Below, one piece after another: positions 60,785-64,000 of a stretch of 64,000 bases of DNA (its first letter is position 1; every line of letters begins with the position of its first letter). The stretch spans positions 31,884,432 through 31,948,431 of the forward strand of contig NC_090411.1 of NCBI RefSeq assembly GCF_036365525.1, given 5' to 3'. Source of the DNA: Heterodontus francisci (Eukaryota). Both the position numbers and the translations under genes were made by a program. The notes under the pieces were generated by a model. The model was not told the DNA's origin. It made no database searches and saw nothing but the letters and a program-made list of their open reading frames with translations.

Positions 60785-62448
60785 AGATTCAATTGGATTC
60801 ACTTTGAGAAAACTCAAAGTAGCCAACATCAAATACACCATTGACAAGATTCTACTCAAGCGATTAGGAAAAATTGAAGAACATGGAATTGCTTGAAACC
60901 TTTAGACATGGAGTTGGTTGGGAGGTAGGAAACAGAGAGTAGGGATAATGGGTATGAACTCCAATTGGCAGGATATGACTGGTCATCTCTCCCAGGGATC
61001 TGTACCAGGGTCTCGGTTTTTCATTACATTTATAAATGACATGAAGGAATCGAGAGCCATATATCCAAGTTTGCTAATGACACTAAGTTAGGTGTTACAG
61101 TAGGTAGAGTAAATTGGAGCAGAAAATTGAAAAGAGACATTGATAGATTGTGAGTCGCCAAAACTGTGAAAGATGAATTTCTATTTGAGATAGAGTGAGG
61201 ACAGAGAGACATAAATCAGAATATTTTCTAAATGGTGAGGAGCTAGGAACTGTGGAGGCGCAGAGAGAGTTAGGGGTCCGTGTACAGAAATTATTAAAAG
61301 CTAGTGGACTGGTATATAAATTAATTCAAAAGTCGAATAGTCTTCATCTCAAGGGGTCTGGAATACAAAGGGGTGGAGGTTATGCTATATTTGTATAAAG
61401 CTCTGGTTAGATCACATCTGGAGTACTGTGTTCAGCTCTGATATATTGACCTTTGTGGGAGTGCAGCACAGATTCACCAGAATGATACCAGAGATAAAAG
61501 GGTTAAATTACGAGGACAGTTTGCATCAACGACTCTTGTATTTCTCAAGTATAGAAGAGTAAAGGATTATTATAATTGATGTGTTGAACATGAATACTAG
61601 ATTTGATCAGGTTGGTTATGTCGGTGCTGCTATAGTTCTTGTTCGGTTTCTGTTCTGAAAAGATCCCAGTAGTAGCTGTCTAAGCATATTTGGGACACCA
61701 AACCAAACAAGGGACAACTGACATCTTTCCTTATCTTCACTTTTTTCTTCAAGAATTAGCAACTATTTGACCAAAGTATTCTTTTTGCCGTTTTTTTGTA
61801 ACAGAGCTCGAAAAAGAAAATCTCTTTTTTTGTGGTTATCCGGTGTGTGTGTGTATGTATCTGTGCGAGGTGCTGAGGTAAAAGGAACTTTCATATTTCA
61901 ATCTGTGTATTAATGCTTTGCCTTGTTACTGCTTAAGTCTTGTTTTATAATAAACTGAAAATTCTATTGTTTATTAAATAAACCTGGTTGGTGTATTTTA
62001 TTTTGGGGTAAAAATAGAGTCTATGATTGACCGTATCGGTAACTGGGTAAACATTTAAATATATGTTGTGACCTGTGGGGAACTGGAACTAGAAAAAACA
62101 ATGCCCTCCTCCCACCTCGGTCAGAACAGTATATAGAGAGAAACTATTTTCCCTGGTGGGGCAGTCCAGGACAGGAGGTATAATCTGAAAATTAGAGCTA
62201 GACCATTCAAGGGTGATGTCAGGAAGCATCTCTTCACAAAAAGGGAAGTAAAAAGCTGGAACTGTCTCCCCCAAAATGTTGAGATCAATTAAACATTTCA
62301 AAACTGAGACTGTTACATTTTTGTTAGGTACGGGTATGAAACAATATGGAACCAATGCAGGCAAATGGCCTGAAGACACAAACCATGATCTAATTGAATG
62401 GCGGAACAGGCTTGAGGGGCTGATTGGCCTCCTCCTGTTCCTATGTTC
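60785..62448 (+). mobile_element. Old CR1 3' fragment abutting the copy 11 promoter, interrupted by LTR B
   Basis: Collinear with 34080-36692 and 50945-53095. Confidence 0.75.
61614..62128 (+). mobile_element. Solo LTR family B, internally deleted duplicate
   Basis: Same insertion site; ends TCAGAACA; roughly 500 bp missing internally. Confidence 0.72.
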
Positions 62449-62464
62449 CAATCACAGTATAATC

Positions 62465-62656
62465 ATCCAAACCTGCCTGAATTCCACAGCTCTCATTGTC
62501 TCTGGGTCCAACCCCACAGCCCGGCTACATTGTTAATTGGTGCCTGGATTCATGAATGATTCCTGACTGGCTACCTGGAATTGTCAATCATCATTAATGA
62601 TGTCATTCCCCTGTTTGAATGCAGGCTGTCCCAGCAGTATAAATACAAGAGCTTGT
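62465..62656 (+). promoter_or_regulatory. Conserved proximal promoter of copy 11
   Basis: TATAAA at 62638-62643 within the shared block. Confidence 0.72.
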
Positions 62657-62716
62657 GTAGGAATCAGTTAGATTGTTGTTGTTTGAACTTAGCTTCTGTT
62701 CGTAGTAAAGATTATG

Positions 62717-63724
62717 ATGGCCTCTCAAGTGTGTCAGAACTACCACAAGGACTGTGAAGATGCTGTTAACAAGCAAATCAACCTGGAGCTCTATTCCTCC
62801 TATGTTTATCTTTCCATGGTGTGTATTGTTTTCTTGGGGTCCTATTTCAAAGTTAAGAATGAATTTCAATGCATTTTTGAGTAGCGAGAATTTTTCTAGG
62901 CCAATCAGTTGGGTTTATAATTTATCTCTCTCGTTCCCCCGAGACTTAAATCAGTGAACACCCTTGAAATAAGGACTCTATTCCTTGCTCTATAATATTT
63001 ATGTCCAATTTTGAAAGTAACTCCGAGGTTCCATGAAGTTTCTAATAGAGGATTCATGTTGAAGATGTATAAATCTAGTCATCATTTCCAACTTGGATGG
63101 CAACAATTAAGTTCAGTAACTAGTTAGTGAAACATTGTCTGTCTTTCCCCTTTTTTTTTTGTAAATGAGTAAATTTTGTGGTGTTGAGCTCCTTCTTTGT
63201 TTTGTATGAGGAGTAATGATCTTGCATGAAGCAGTAATCTAAGTCTTTCTCTACTGAATGAAGAGAGAAAAAAACTCACTTGCATCTTCATTGGGGGGAC
63301 AAGGGATGTCCTGCTGATAATTATAGCTTGAATGATGAAATGCAACTTTGATCCAAATAGTATTCCTGCCTTCTGTAATGTCACAGGGAGGGGCATTTCA
63401 ACATATTTAGCATTTTATAGCATAAACTTCAAAAACCAAGCCCCTTAATTGAAAGCAAATTCTTCTGAGGTAAAGAATGGGTGACTTATTTACCATGATG
63501 TTGCTACCATTTTTGACTTGGCCATAAATGAGATTGGGTCTGACGCCCTGTCCTTTTCATTTTGCTTCTACCTGCAGTCCTATTACTTTGACCGGGATGA
63601 TGTTGCCCTGCGTCACTTTGCTGAGTTCTTCAAGGAGCAGTCACATGAGGAACGGGAGCACGCTGAGAAACTGATGACATTCCAGAATAAACGTGGAGGC
63701 CGAATCATCTTGGAGAACATCAAG
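62717..63724 (+). CDS. Ferritin copy 11, exons 1-2 (gene continues beyond the window)
   Basis: Exons 62717-62818 and 63578-63724; GT-AG; MASQVCQNY...[27 protein letters not shown]. Confidence 0.92.
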
Positions 63725-64000
63725 GTTGGATTTTGAACTTGGAGTCTATGATCTAACTTGGATACTTTCAGAGAATATTCCTTATTCTAATGTCAGCTCT
63801 CCATCTGGTGAGGTTGAGTAAAATTCCAAATGTTGGTGAGTGGCTGCAGGATGAGTTGGTATGACTGATCTTTGCCTCTTCTATAGATACAAAATCAATA
63901 AATGGATATTCAGAAGGAACAATTTCTGCATCAAAAGCCATTGGCTCAAACATATGGTGCCTAACTAGGTAACAGTCTGGAGAATGTGGGCCACAGCTCT

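Overview
Eukaryotic (vertebrate) genomic DNA, most likely from a cartilaginous fish (inferred from HE1-like tRNA SINEs, CR1 LINEs and Penelope-like elements). The whole window is a head-to-tail, + strand tandem array of 4-exon ferritin genes of the H/middle type. All ferroxidase-centre ligands are present (human-H numbering E27, Y34, E61, E62, H65, E107, Q141). I find 11 gene copies plus one orphan exon-4 fragment: six complete and intact (copies 2, 4, 5, 6, 7, 9), two cut by the window edges (1, 11) and three disabled (3, 8, 10). The array probably continues beyond both ends. Main points: (i) each promoter has a TATA box about 65-80 nt before the ATG and there is no iron-responsive element; (ii) exons 2-3 are near-identical between copies while introns diverge; (iii) the few amino-acid differences fall mostly on the outer surface and channel positions of the cage; (iv) a signal-peptide-like ORF in intron 2 is in frame with exon 3 in four copies; (v) a Penelope-like insertion carries a hammerhead-like motif and a locally templated 127-bp 5' filler. 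Spacers and introns are full of nested TEs that record the duplication history. All alignments, counts and coordinates were done by eye, and TE boundaries are approximate unless a TSD or TIR is quoted.
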